A stretch of DNA of 64,000 nt, taken from assembly GCA_964607415.1 (NCBI GenBank), contig CAZSKK010000001.1:68190-132189 (forward strand). Reading direction: 5' to 3'. The notes under the pieces are model-generated. The model saw only the letters and a program-made list of their open reading frames with translations. It was not told where the DNA came from and made no database searches. This DNA is from an uncultured Candidatus Saccharibacteria bacterium (lineage in GTDB: Bacteria > Patescibacteriota > Dojkabacteria > J137). This document shows positions 10,354-19,309 of this stretch, one piece after another (within the stretch, counting starts at the first letter, position 1; the number at the start of each line of letters is the position of its first letter). The position numbers were made by a program, and so were the translations under genes.

Positions 10354-10371
10354 TATTATAAAGTTAAGTAA

Positions 10372-11448
10372 TTAAACATTGCGAATAATCATATAATCTG
10401 CAATGCTTTCCAAAAATTCGTAGGCAGATCTATCTTTATTAGAAAAGTGTTTTAAAGCTGTCTTTGCCTTTAAAACTTGATCTTCGCACTCTCTAATAGA
10501 ATAATCCAATGCTCCTGTATTTTTCATAATTAATCTTACTTCATCTGCCTCAAAATCTGTAAGATCTCTTTTTCCTAAATATTGTTCAAGCTTTAATTTA
10601 TCTTCTGACGTACCCTTCTTTAGTACTTCAAGGATTAAAAGAGTCTTTTTACCCTCTATTAAATCCCCTATATCTTCTTTTCCTGTTTCATCACTTTTCC
10701 CAAAAACACCTAGAATATCATCTCTTATTTGAAATGCAACACCACTTGGCATAGCATATTTGTTTAATGCCTTCAAATCTGTATCAGTTGCCCCTGCAAG
10801 AATTGCTCCAGCAAATAAGGGTAATCTATAAGTATAAGTTGCTGTTTTATAGTAATGAACTCTTAAAATATCTTCCTCTGTATAATTTAGTGGATAATTA
10901 TAGTTAAGGAGAATATCGTGAATTTGACCGAAACATACGGTAGCAATCTCTCTTGCTACAATTCTAATCAATTCATTTTTATTTTGAAGAGGGAAGTTTG
11001 AATTGCCTATTATCTCTAAGGCAAATTGATTAGCTAAATCACCAGATAAAATTCCCATTGTATTACCAATATGAAAATCATCTTCGAATTCATTTTTTAA
11101 CGAAAACTCTTCGTAAATTTTATGGATAGTTTTTCCGCCTCTTCGTAAAGAAGATCTATCCATAATATCATCATGTATTAGTAGGAAAGATTGAATAAGC
11201 TCAATAAATATTGAGAGTTTTATTATTTCATTATCATCTTTTCCACCAAATAATTTATAGGCGTAATAAATTAATGTAGCTCTAAATCTTTTACCACCTC
11301 TAAGTGTAAATTCACTAAGATGTTCTATAAATTCTTTAACAAAAGGGGAAATATTTTCAAATTCTCTACTCTTATCATCAAAATAGCTTTTCAAAATTGG
11401 CTCAATTTTTTCTTTATACCTATTGATTTCGTCTTCTGGACTAATCAT
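10372..11448 (-). CDS. Polyprenyl (geranylgeranyl/farnesyl) diphosphate synthase
   Basis: First DDxxD motif LLIHDDIMD with upstream RGGK; second motif FQIRDDILG. Confidence 0.85.
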   Translation of the reverse strand: MISPEDEINRYKEKIEPILKSYFDDKSREFENISPFVKEFIEHLSEFTLRGGKRFRATLIYYAYKLFGGKDDNEIIKLSIFIELIQSFLLIHDDIMDRSSLRRGGKTIHKIYEEFSLKNEFEDDFHIGNTMGILSGDLANQFALEIIGNSNFPLQNKNELIRIVAREIATVCFGQIHDILLNYNYPLNYTEEDILRVHYYKTATYTYRLPLFAGAILAGATDTDLKALNKYAMPSGVAFQIRDDILGVFGKSDETGKEDIGDLIEGKKTLLILEVLKKGTSEDKLKLEQYLGKRDLTDFEADEVRLIMKNTGALDYSIRECEDQVLKAKTALKHFSNKDRSAYEFLESIADYMIIRNV

Positions 11449-11486
11449 ATTTAGTTTTTAAAATTTTAATTTTTACAGATACAAAG

Positions 11487-11510
11487 AAAGGCTCGAATAA
11501 GCCTTTTCTA
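11487..11510. terminator. Hairpin terminator between the response-regulator and polyprenyl-synthase genes
   Basis: aaaggc-tcgaataa-gccttt with flanking T/A runs. Confidence 0.4.
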
Positions 11511-11604
11511 TTGAGCCAAATACTTTATTTCTCCAAGCCAAGAGCTAGGTAGTCTAACAGTATTTTTTATCTGTGTTGTATTGTTATATTCATTAAAGTG
11601 TTCA

Positions 11605-11991
11605 TTATGTATTACTATTCTCATTTCCCATTAATTGGTTGATTTTACTAATTAAAGTGTTTGGATCTATATCAGTTTTAATAATGTAATCAAAAACTCC
11701 TAAATCGCTAGTCACCTTTTTCTGTTCTTCGCTAACCAAGTTTGTTAAGATTATAACTTTTGGTTGATTAGGTAGCTGTTTCATTTCTTTTAAAACTTCG
11801 ATCCCATCTTTATCCTCCATCATTAAGTCTAACAATAGTATATCGTATTTATTTTGTGTCAATTTTTCAATTGCAGGAATACCTCCTAATGCTGTATCCA
11901 CTGAAAAGTGTCCTAAATTTACTAGTTGCTTAGTAAATATATCTAATATTTTCTGTTCATCATCTACTAATAAGATTTTTGTTTCATTCAT
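11605..11991 (-). CDS. Response regulator, receiver domain only (CheY-like)
   Basis: ILLVDDE ... DILLLDLMMEDKDG ... K; 128 aa with no output domain. Confidence 0.8.
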   Translation of the reverse strand: MNETKILLVDDEQKILDIFTKQLVNLGHFSVDTALGGIPAIEKLTQNKYDILLLDLMMEDKDGIEVLKEMKQLPNQPKVIILTNLVSEEQKKVTSDLGVFDYIIKTDIDPNTLISKINQLMGNENSNT

Positions 11992-12032
11992 GGTTAGATT
12001 ATATAATAATTACATTAATAGTGTAATAGTTC

Positions 12033-12527
12033 TTAAACTTTTGTTGGGTCTAATAAATTAGCCAGGTCAGACTTAGGAACACTGTAACCGCTAACCCTGA
12101 AATCATGAATAATTTCTCGTGTGTAGTCTTGCATATCCATCAGATTTTCAGCAAAAATAGTTCCTTCCGCAGAAATATCATTAATTATTTGCTCCCAAGC
12201 TTGCCTTTTCTTCTTAATCTTTGTTAGTCCAAACTGTAAATTTGCTAATCTGCCAGACATCAAGCTGATTTTGTTAATTATAGAAGCATCGGGCAATTGT
12301 AAGTTAGTATCGGCTTTACTCTCGAATACCAAGGCAGTAATATCAGAGTTAAGTGAGGACATTTTCTTTGTAACTTCATCAATCTTTAAAATTTTATTTG
12401 TATTTTCTTCTAATGCACTTTCGGTTACAGTAAAGACTTCTTCTCCAAGATAATATCTAAGATCAGTAATAGAACTTATAATTCCTTCATACTTGTCCTT
12501 ATTTGGCATTGGATTATCTGTATTCAT
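12033..12527 (-). CDS. Hypothetical protein
   Basis: ORF only; coiled-coil-like composition. Confidence 0.3.
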   Translation of the reverse strand: MNTDNPMPNKDKYEGIISSITDLRYYLGEEVFTVTESALEENTNKILKIDEVTKKMSSLNSDITALVFESKADTNLQLPDASIINKISLMSGRLANLQFGLTKIKKKRQAWEQIINDISAEGTIFAENLMDMQDYTREIIHDFRVSGYSVPKSDLANLLDPTKV

Positions 12528-12849
12528 AGGTTAGAAAATAAAATTATAAATAATGGTCAACATCAAACGTTATTATATTGCAAATTTTATGATATTGATA
12601 GACTATATAGCGTTTCCAGTGATCCTTGACAACCAATTTACTTCAATTATTTCACTTTGTGGGTAAAGTAAATTACAATTCAATTTTCTTAAAGTTACCC
12701 ATAAATTTCTTATTGCATTGTAATCAATTTGTAAGATTTTAGGTTAACGAGTTGTTTAAGTTTTATATAAAATGAAAAACTTTCAAGTTAATTCAAAATC
12801 TTCAGAGGCAAGGCTTGCGACTTTTTTACGCCGCATGAAGTTAAAGTTG

Positions 12850-12876
12850 CCCGATATATGAAAATATATCGGGCTT
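12850..12876 (-). terminator. Hairpin downstream of the 12880..13164 gene
   Basis: gcccgatatat-gaaa-atatatcgggc perfect 11-bp stem. Confidence 0.4.
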
Positions 12877-12879
12877 ACT

Positions 12880-13164
12880 CTAAAACATTGATAATTGTTC
12901 AATCTTGTTTTTAACAATCGGATTGCTAAGCATTAGAGAATCTTCCAATTGTTGAGCTAATAAAAATGATACTTTATTTGGTTCTCCAAAAAGTTCATCT
13001 CTAAACATAAAGTACGATTGATAACCTGTCTTTGAAATTGTTTTACCTTTAAACTCAAAATGATGTACTGAACGATCTTCAATATCTCCGAACATAAAAG
13101 GAGTAAAAACAATATTAACTGAATATCCAGATTTCAAAGTGTATTCAAATATTTCTTTTTTCAT
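12880..13164 (-). CDS. Hypothetical protein
   Basis: ORF only. Confidence 0.3.
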   Translation of the reverse strand: MKKEIFEYTLKSGYSVNIVFTPFMFGDIEDRSVHHFEFKGKTISKTGYQSYFMFRDELFGEPNKVSFLLAQQLEDSLMLSNPIVKNKIEQLSMF

Positions 13165-13174
13165 AGTAAAAAAA

Positions 13175-13435
13175 CTAATTAAAATAAAATTCTGTAATCT
13201 TCTTAGTACAACGATTAATGTTTTCGTTTATCAATCGCAAAGTATATTGTCTATCTGCATTAAATTGTTTTAATGGATAGCACTTTCTTTCAACTTCGAT
13301 ATAATCTTCCCCTATAAGATCGGTTACATTGAGATAGAATCTTGCTTCTTTTAAAAGTTCTTTAGCTAGATTTATCCATCTATACTTTTGCCTATAGACA
13401 AGATCTATAGCGATATAGTCATCTAAAGTTTTCAT
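13175..13435 (-). CDS. Hypothetical protein
   Basis: ORF only. Confidence 0.3.
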   Translation of the reverse strand: MKTLDDYIAIDLVYRQKYRWINLAKELLKEARFYLNVTDLIGEDYIEVERKCYPLKQFNADRQYTLRLINENINRCTKKITEFYFN

Positions 13436-13468
13436 AGAAAAATGTTAAAAGTAGAATAGTGTTTTTAA

Positions 13469-13486
13469 TGTGGTTATCGCTTCCAC
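13469..13486. repeat. 18-nt motif gtggttatcgcttccact (copy 1), immediately 3' of the 13494..14159 gene
   Basis: Identical 18-mer recurs at 14363..14380. Confidence 0.6.
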
Positions 13487-13493
13487 TGAAGAT

Positions 13494-14159
13494 TTACTCT
13501 TTGTTGTTTAGGTTTGACTTCTTAGCCAATTCAACAACATTATTGAATGCTTGGTCTCTATCTTTAGCAGTTTCAAAAGTAATTACACAACTACGATTTT
13601 TAAATAGCTGGATTATTAGATTTCCCAATTGAAATTTCCCAGACCAAAAGCGATTATAATTTTGGTCTCTACCCTCAAGTGGTTTTATCTTGTCTGAAAG
13701 TTCAAAAGAATTTGGTTTATTTCCTGTAAATAGGAAAATCATTTGTGATAATTTCTCAACTACATCAGAATCAAAGTTTGCGTAAATATCAAAACTTAAT
13801 GATTTATTATTTCGTTTTGTTAGACTAGATTTGTTTGTATACTCATTAACTCTCACAAGATAATAGGCTTCTCTAATTAAAGCTTCGTATTTATCTGCCT
13901 CTTCTTTTTCATCAGCTTTCTTTTTAAGTTCAAGTATCATTTCATCTGATATATCTTCACTTTTAAGACAATATTTTGTAATGTCCTGATATTTACCTGG
14001 TAGATATGAGTAACTAAAAAAATTGCACAAAATCTTTTCTACTCCTTTTTCAAGTAACTCATCTAATGATCTAAAGCTGTAATCCTCAAGCCCAATATTC
14101 ATAAATTCTTGTTTAAGAATTAGTGCTTGTGATTTAAGTATTTCTATTTCGTTTTCCAT
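13494..14159 (-). CDS. Hypothetical protein
   Basis: 221 aa ORF. Confidence 0.3.
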   Translation of the reverse strand: MENEIEILKSQALILKQEFMNIGLEDYSFRSLDELLEKGVEKILCNFFSYSYLPGKYQDITKYCLKSEDISDEMILELKKKADEKEEADKYEALIREAYYLVRVNEYTNKSSLTKRNNKSLSFDIYANFDSDVVEKLSQMIFLFTGNKPNSFELSDKIKPLEGRDQNYNRFWSGKFQLGNLIIQLFKNRSCVITFETAKDRDQAFNNVVELAKKSNLNNKE

Positions 14160-14362
14160 AGTGTTAAAATTAATTGTTAAGTAAGTAATTGCTTGATATA
14201 GGGTAGTTGTCTTTCAAGGGTGGCTATCCTATTATTATAAATCCTGCATCTGGGTCATTTACAATTGATAATCCTAATTCATTAAGTTTTAAGATTGTCT
14301 CTATTGTTATTGGTTTAGATTTCATAAATGTATTTAGTAATAAATAGAATTTGGTGTTTTGG

Positions 14363-14380
14363 AGTGGTTATCGCTTCCAC
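14363..14380. repeat. 18-nt motif gtggttatcgcttccact (copy 2), immediately 3' of the SSB gene
   Basis: Identical to 13469..13486; GTGG ... CCAC ends are self-complementary. Confidence 0.6.
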
Positions 14381-14387
14381 TTGATGA

Positions 14388-14750
14388 TTAATTAATCATT
14401 GATTCATCAATTACGATTTCATCAGGATTAATGCTTTCATCTGAACTTAGTTGAATTCTTAAAATTCTTCTAAGAACTACAGTTGAGTTAAACTTTTTCT
14501 CACCTGCTTTATTAGTGTATTCAGAAATTTCTAAATCACCATTGATTAAAACAAGTTCTCCTTTTTCAAAAGAAGTAAGAATATTTGTTAAGTTTCCAAA
14601 AGCAATAAGCGTATGGTAATTAACTTTATCTTTAGTAAGGTTGACAGCAACATTAACTCTAACGTAATCGGTCTTTCCGTCATTAGATTTTCTAATTTCA
14701 GGTTTAGCAGTAAGATTTCCGATAATTTCGACAGATTGTGTATTTCTCAT
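14388..14750 (-). CDS. ssb: Single-stranded DNA-binding protein (single OB fold)
   Basis: VEIIGNLTAKPEIRKSNDGKTDYVRVNVAVN ... YHTLIAFGNL ... typical SSB OB-fold pattern; 120 aa. Confidence 0.7.
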   Translation of the reverse strand: MRNTQSVEIIGNLTAKPEIRKSNDGKTDYVRVNVAVNLTKDKVNYHTLIAFGNLTNILTSFEKGELVLINGDLEISEYTNKAGEKKFNSTVVLRRILRIQLSSDESINPDEIVIDESMIN

Positions 14751-15379
14751 AATGTAAATAAAATAAAAATTAATAAATAAATTTAAGTATTAGTTAAGGT
14801 CTAACACTCACCACCTCATAATTAACCTTCTTACATCTCCCGCCCTTCTTGGTTAGGAAGTTATCTAGTATTCATGTTAATCACTATTAAATTGTTAATG
14901 TTCTAGTTAAGTAATAAAAATCATTCCCTTAACTAAAGGCCAATAGATAAACGGAGCGAAGCGAAGTGGTCATGTAAGAAAGAAAATTTGACAAGAAAAA
15001 TTCATAAATTATGTTCACCGAAGGGGAAGGATATTTTTTGAATTTAGCGAAGCAGTTCTTGCAAACCCGGAGGGCAGTGAACGAATGCGATAGCAGTAGT
15101 GAGCAATAAGTTTTCGCTTACATGATATGCTATGCCTGTTAAGGGAAGGGTTCTAAAAATCATCAAATAGTTGCGAAGCAATCCATAATCAAAGCCAAAC
15201 TTTTTGTTTCTTTTTCATCTTGGCAACTGAATAGTTGAAAAAGAAAACGAACAAGGAATATGAACAATATAATGTCCTGAGCATCATTTAGGCAGTTGTG
15301 TTAAAGCTTTTCAAGCATTATTCAATGGTATTTATAAGGTAAAAGATTTATAATTCAATGTAACTATAAGGCTTTAACC

Positions 15380-16213
15380 ATGAAGAAAGACTCTATTCTA
15401 AAAAAAATCCCCAATATCTCGCATATTCCTCGAAATGAAGAGGAATTGAACAGTATCTTGCTGTTTTTAAATAAACCTAAAGATATTGAAGATTTTTATG
15501 ACTTCATAAGCATTAGAGTTCTATCTAAGGATAAACTTCCTCTTTTTGGTAGCCAGAAAAAAGATTCGACTGAAAGAAAATGGCTAAATCATTTGATTAT
15601 GATTAATCTTATTAACAGAGACAAAAAGAATAACAAGGTTACATTAACTGCTCTGTCTAAGAAATACTTATTAAAAAATATTAATCTTTATGATCTTGTA
15701 TTAACTTCAAGCAGAGCTGCACCATTATTCAATCTTTTAATAGAAAATCTAATTACCGTTTCATACCTAACAAACTCATTCCCTTCTGTTTTTGAACTTT
15801 ATGAGTTATTACAAAAGAAATTTGGATATATAGATAGACCCGTCAGTGCAACTAGGAATCTCTCAGGAATGATTAACTATCTCAAAGTGGGAAATATTAT
15901 AAAAAAAACTTCAGGAATTCATTTAACTGGAAATATTTTCTTACAGCAAGAAGAATACAATTCTTATGAACAAATAATGATTAATTTTGTTAGTAATAAT
16001 TCTAAATATGGTGGTTATGCAAGTGTAAAGGATCTTATATCTTATCTGAAGGACACTTTGCAGAATTTAGATCTTACTAAAATAGACTTTCTTATTCAAC
16101 GTTTTATAGCCAATAATAAAAACATATCTTTTCAAGAAGCTAGTTCTAATAAAGAAACTGGTATTTTCTTAAATGGAAAGAACATCCTATTTGTTAGATT
16201 TAACAAGAAGTAG
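15380..16213 (+). CDS. Hypothetical protein, first gene of a three-gene cassette
   Basis: 277 aa; no motif recognised; 41-nt overlap with the downstream ATPase gene. Confidence 0.4.
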   Translation: MKKDSILKKIPNISHIPRNEEELNSILLFLNKPKDIEDFYDFISIRVLSKDKLPLFGSQKKDSTERKWLNHLIMINLINRDKKNNKVTLTALSKKYLLKNINLYDLVLTSSRAAPLFNLLIENLITVSYLTNSFPSVFELYELLQKKFGYIDRPVSATRNLSGMINYLKVGNIIKKTSGIHLTGNIFLQQEEYNSYEQIMINFVSNNSKYGGYASVKDLISYLKDTLQNLDLTKIDFLIQRFIANNKNISFQEASSNKETGIFLNGKNILFVRFNKK

Positions 16214-17597
16214 TATGACTAAAGCAGATTTATTAAAAATAACTTCACCTCAGCCAGAATTACATCCTAAATATATTGTTGGTGAACAAGAAAATTGGGG
16301 GAAATTCAGGAAACATTTGGAAACATTTAGCAATGTAGAAGAATCTTATGCAGGTACAATTCAAGGAATTACAGGAAATGGGAAAACACATTTTATTCGT
16401 TATGCTAAAGAACAATTGAAAGATGAATATAACGTATTCATTATAGAAGATATGTTTTCTCAAAGTAATTTTATTGACTCACTAAGGAATATTTACAAAA
16501 GATTAATTAGCAATGATAACGATAGCACGAATAGAATTGAGGAATTAGCAAAACATATAAAGAATTTAGACATAAAAAGAAAAGATCTTAATAAAAAACT
16601 TATTGAAGAAGATAAAAAAAGTGTTTTAGAACTATTTAATCCGGTTTTGGAAGAGCTGGCTAAACTAGAAGCAATTGAGAGATATCCAAGTAAAATCTTA
16701 CATCTTCTCAGAAAAAATATTGACCATGATAAAACTATTGAAGTTTTAATTAGGTTATTTTCTGGGGAAGTAATACAGAATAAAGAAGATTTAGAGCTAT
16801 TACAAAATCTTAATCTAAAACGAAATTATTTAATTGAAAAGGAAGATGATTTTGTAGATTATTTTGTAGATTATATAGAATTAGTTTATGCACTTACTGG
16901 CAAATATCCACTCATATTTATGGACGAAGCTGATAGAGCCATTGCATTAGAAAGTTCCACAATACTTCCTAAAACTGCCTTCCAAGTGCTTGATAGCTTA
17001 AGGGAAGTTTTCAATAAGTTAAGAACACCTACCTTTTTTACAATTGGCACAACAACTCAAGCCTGGAGGTTAATTGAAAATTCAATTTCAGCTTTTGCAC
17101 GAAGATTTAATCGGTTTGAAATTGTATTAAAAGAAGGTAAAAGTAGCGATGAAATAATTGAGTTTATTCAACAGAGATCAGTAGAAAAGGGATTAGATTA
17201 TTCAGAATTGGAGAGAGATGGGATCATTACTGACAAGTTAATAAACGAATTAAGTTATTTCTCCAACACTTGGAAAGATGTTATCAACAATATAAAAAAA
17301 TATGTTGAAGAAGGAGAATTAGTAAAAGCTGAACCTACTTCTTTGGAAGAGATTGAAAATGAAATTCTAAAGACACTTAATATTTTTAGAAATTTAGAGT
17401 TATCTGACATTATTGAGAATAATCAAGTATTGAAAAAGTTATATCCTACTAAAAGAAACTTACCAGTAAGTATTATGACCAACTTGTTTGCCAAGAAAAA
17501 ATTTGTAGATAGGTATAAAAGAACTAAAGGGACGCCTTATGTCTATACGATAACGGATACTGGTGAACAGTATTTAAAGTTGAAAGCAGATGTCTAA
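16173..17597 (+). CDS. P-loop NTPase with a C-terminal winged-helix-like tail (AAA+/Cdc6-like or divergent DEAD-like), second gene of the cassette
   Basis: Walker A QGITGNGKTHF; Walker B PLIFMDEADRA, about 180 aa downstream with a coiled-coil-like insert between; C-terminal KFVDRYKRTKGTPYVYTITDTGEQYLK resembles a wH; 8-nt overlap with the next gene. Confidence 0.55.
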   Translation: MERTSYLLDLTRSSMTKADLLKITSPQPELHPKYIVGEQENWGKFRKHLETFSNVEESYAGTIQGITGNGKTHFIRYAKEQLKDEYNVFIIEDMFSQSNFIDSLRNIYKRLISNDNDSTNRIEELAKHIKNLDIKRKDLNKKLIEEDKKSVLELFNPVLEELAKLEAIERYPSKILHLLRKNIDHDKTIEVLIRLFSGEVIQNKEDLELLQNLNLKRNYLIEKEDDFVDYFVDYIELVYALTGKYPLIFMDEADRAIALESSTILPKTAFQVLDSLREVFNKLRTPTFFTIGTTTQAWRLIENSISAFARRFNRFEIVLKEGKSSDEIIEFIQQRSVEKGLDYSELERDGIITDKLINELSYFSNTWKDVINNIKKYVEEGELVKAEPTSLEEIENEILKTLNIFRNLELSDIIENNQVLKKLYPTKRNLPVSIMTNLFAKKKFVDRYKRTKGTPYVYTITDTGEQYLKLKADV

Positions 17598-18213
17598 ATA
17601 TTCATATAACGAAAAAAAATATATCAAAAATCAATCAGAAATTACACAATTTCTAAAGGATTCAGGAATTGAGGCGGAACTTGCAGGGTGGGAGCAGGTT
17701 TTTTCTAAACAAGACCTAGATTATGAGACTTTTTGTGGACTAAAAGAGAGTTTCGACCATTTAAGAAATTGTAAAATGAGAACTGCTGTTTTTACATTAG
17801 GAAGAACTATTGAGGAACTGTTAGATAGCTATATGGATAATGCAATAAATAGCGGATACAAAATAGGAGTTACTGCTAAAGATATTGAAGAGTGCAGAAA
17901 TACTTTTGCATTCTCTTTAAAGATTGATTTTTTGAAAGGTGAAGAAATACAATTGGGGAGAATTTATAAACGAAAGGTAAATGGGAAAAAAAGAACTAGC
18001 AAAAAAGTAAAGCTAAAGATAGCCGCATTGATAAAGACTGCTACAGCAGATAGTCTACATGAAATCAGAGAATATGGAAGAAATATTGGAGCACATCGAG
18101 CCAATAAAAGTGATGTTAAAAAAGTTAAAGAAAAGATTATTCCGTGGTTTACATTAGCACTAAACTTCATCTATGATACACAAGGAGAAATTATTAAGAT
18201 GCGGAAGAAATAA
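17590..18213 (+). CDS. Small protein with an HEPN-type R-x4-H motif (candidate RNase effector), third gene of the cassette
   Basis: EYGRNIGAHRANK (R164 ... H169; nt 18079..18096) in the C-terminal third; basic K/R-rich linker; 3' end overlaps the convergent C5-MTase gene by 20 nt. Confidence 0.4.
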   Translation: MSKYSYNEKKYIKNQSEITQFLKDSGIEAELAGWEQVFSKQDLDYETFCGLKESFDHLRNCKMRTAVFTLGRTIEELLDSYMDNAINSGYKIGVTAKDIEECRNTFAFSLKIDFLKGEEIQLGRIYKRKVNGKKRTSKKVKLKIAALIKTATADSLHEIREYGRNIGAHRANKSDVKKVKEKIIPWFTLALNFIYDTQGEIIKMRKK

Positions 18214-19249
18214 CTTCTCCAATATACTCACCCAATAAAGGTGGTACTGCATTTCCAATCTGTCGATATATAGAACGTAAGTTTCCTTTAAAAATGAAAT
18301 TATCAGGAAAACTTTGAATTCGTGCCACTTCTCTTGCAGTCAAAGGACGATTTTCATAATGACTTACTGTTCTCATTGTATACCAGTTCGTTAAAACTGT
18401 TGGTGTTTGTGCCCTTCTTGATAATTTATAATATTTTTGCGTTTTACCTTCGCCTTCTTTAAGATATAGTTTACTTGAGGGGAAAATATTATTTTTCACA
18501 CCACCTATTCGATTATTTCGAAAATATCTACCTTCAGGAATATATTTGATTCTCTCAATATCAATATCTGTCGGCTTTATAAAGTCGTGATTATATACGG
18601 GTTCTTTAATAGTATTTAAATCACCTATTACATCTTCTAAAGTCAATGGATTTTCGTTAGGTAACTGCAAATCTAAAGATTTATTTAAAGAAGCAATGAA
18701 TATAACTCTTTCTCTCTTCTGACACATACCCAATTTACTACAATCAATAATTTTATGGGTTACATTATACCCAATTGATGAATATAGATCATAAATCTCT
18801 TCTACAATTTTTCCTGAATTAAAGGATAAGATTCCTTTTACATTTTCAAAAACTACATATTTTGGTTTAAATATTTTCGCATATTTAAAAATCTCTAAGA
18901 ATAACTTTCCACGAGGATCGTCAGGATTACGTAATCCTATTGTAGAGAAGGACTGGCAAGGACTTCCACCACATAATATGGTTATTTTCTTTTTGCCGAC
19001 TATTCTTTTAACTTTTCTTATCTCAAGATCAGTTATATCAGAACATAAAACTTCGGCATCAGGATGATTAATTTTGTATGTAGCACAGGCATCTGGATCG
19101 TTGTCTATCGCAAGCAATGGAATAAACCCTGCTTTCATGAGACCGTTACTTAATCCACCTGGACCTGAAAATAAATCGATAAAATACATATTGCATTGTA
19201 CGTAAATAGTATCCGTTAACAGTCTAATATGTTTCCGGTCCAATTGCAA
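18194..19249 (-). CDS. DNA (cytosine-5)-methyltransferase
   Basis: Motif I FIDLFSGPGGLSNGL; motif IV GGSPCQSFS; ENV motif FENVKG. Confidence 0.9.
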   Translation of the reverse strand: MQLDRKHIRLLTDTIYVQCNMYFIDLFSGPGGLSNGLMKAGFIPLLAIDNDPDACATYKINHPDAEVLCSDITDLEIRKVKRIVGKKKITILCGGSPCQSFSTIGLRNPDDPRGKLFLEIFKYAKIFKPKYVVFENVKGILSFNSGKIVEEIYDLYSSIGYNVTHKIIDCSKLGMCQKRERVIFIASLNKSLDLQLPNENPLTLEDVIGDLNTIKEPVYNHDFIKPTDIDIERIKYIPEGRYFRNNRIGGVKNNIFPSSKLYLKEGEGKTQKYYKLSRRAQTPTVLTNWYTMRTVSHYENRPLTAREVARIQSFPDNFIFKGNLRSIYRQIGNAVPPLLGEYIGEVISSAS

Positions 19250-19309
19250 GAATAAAATTAGACATGGAAGAATAAGTGTTATTAGTATGGATTATTCAGA
19301 AATGGAATT

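Noticed and set aside
12541-12880. A second copy of the tRNA-Glu 3' end marking the left attachment site of the element
   Set aside because: No convincing match to tggtgacctcacggggaatcgaacc was found by eye here or in 14751..15379. Serine-recombinase sites need only a 2-bp core, so the left boundary is left undefined.
14930-15130. GC-rich core of the 14751..15379 spacer as a tRNA or other recognisable ncRNA
   Set aside because: I could not fold a cloverleaf (no T-loop GTTCRANYC, no acceptor pairing) and saw no RNase P, tmRNA or SRP hallmark. Kept only as an unexplained region in the findings.
16173-17597. Calling the cassette ATPase a DEAD-box RNA helicase
   Set aside because: Motifs I and II look DEAD-like (TGNGKT, DEAD), but they are about 180 aa apart. 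There is no Q motif, no SAT or HRIGRTGR motifs and no second RecA-like domain. Only a generic P-loop NTPase with a wH tail is supported.
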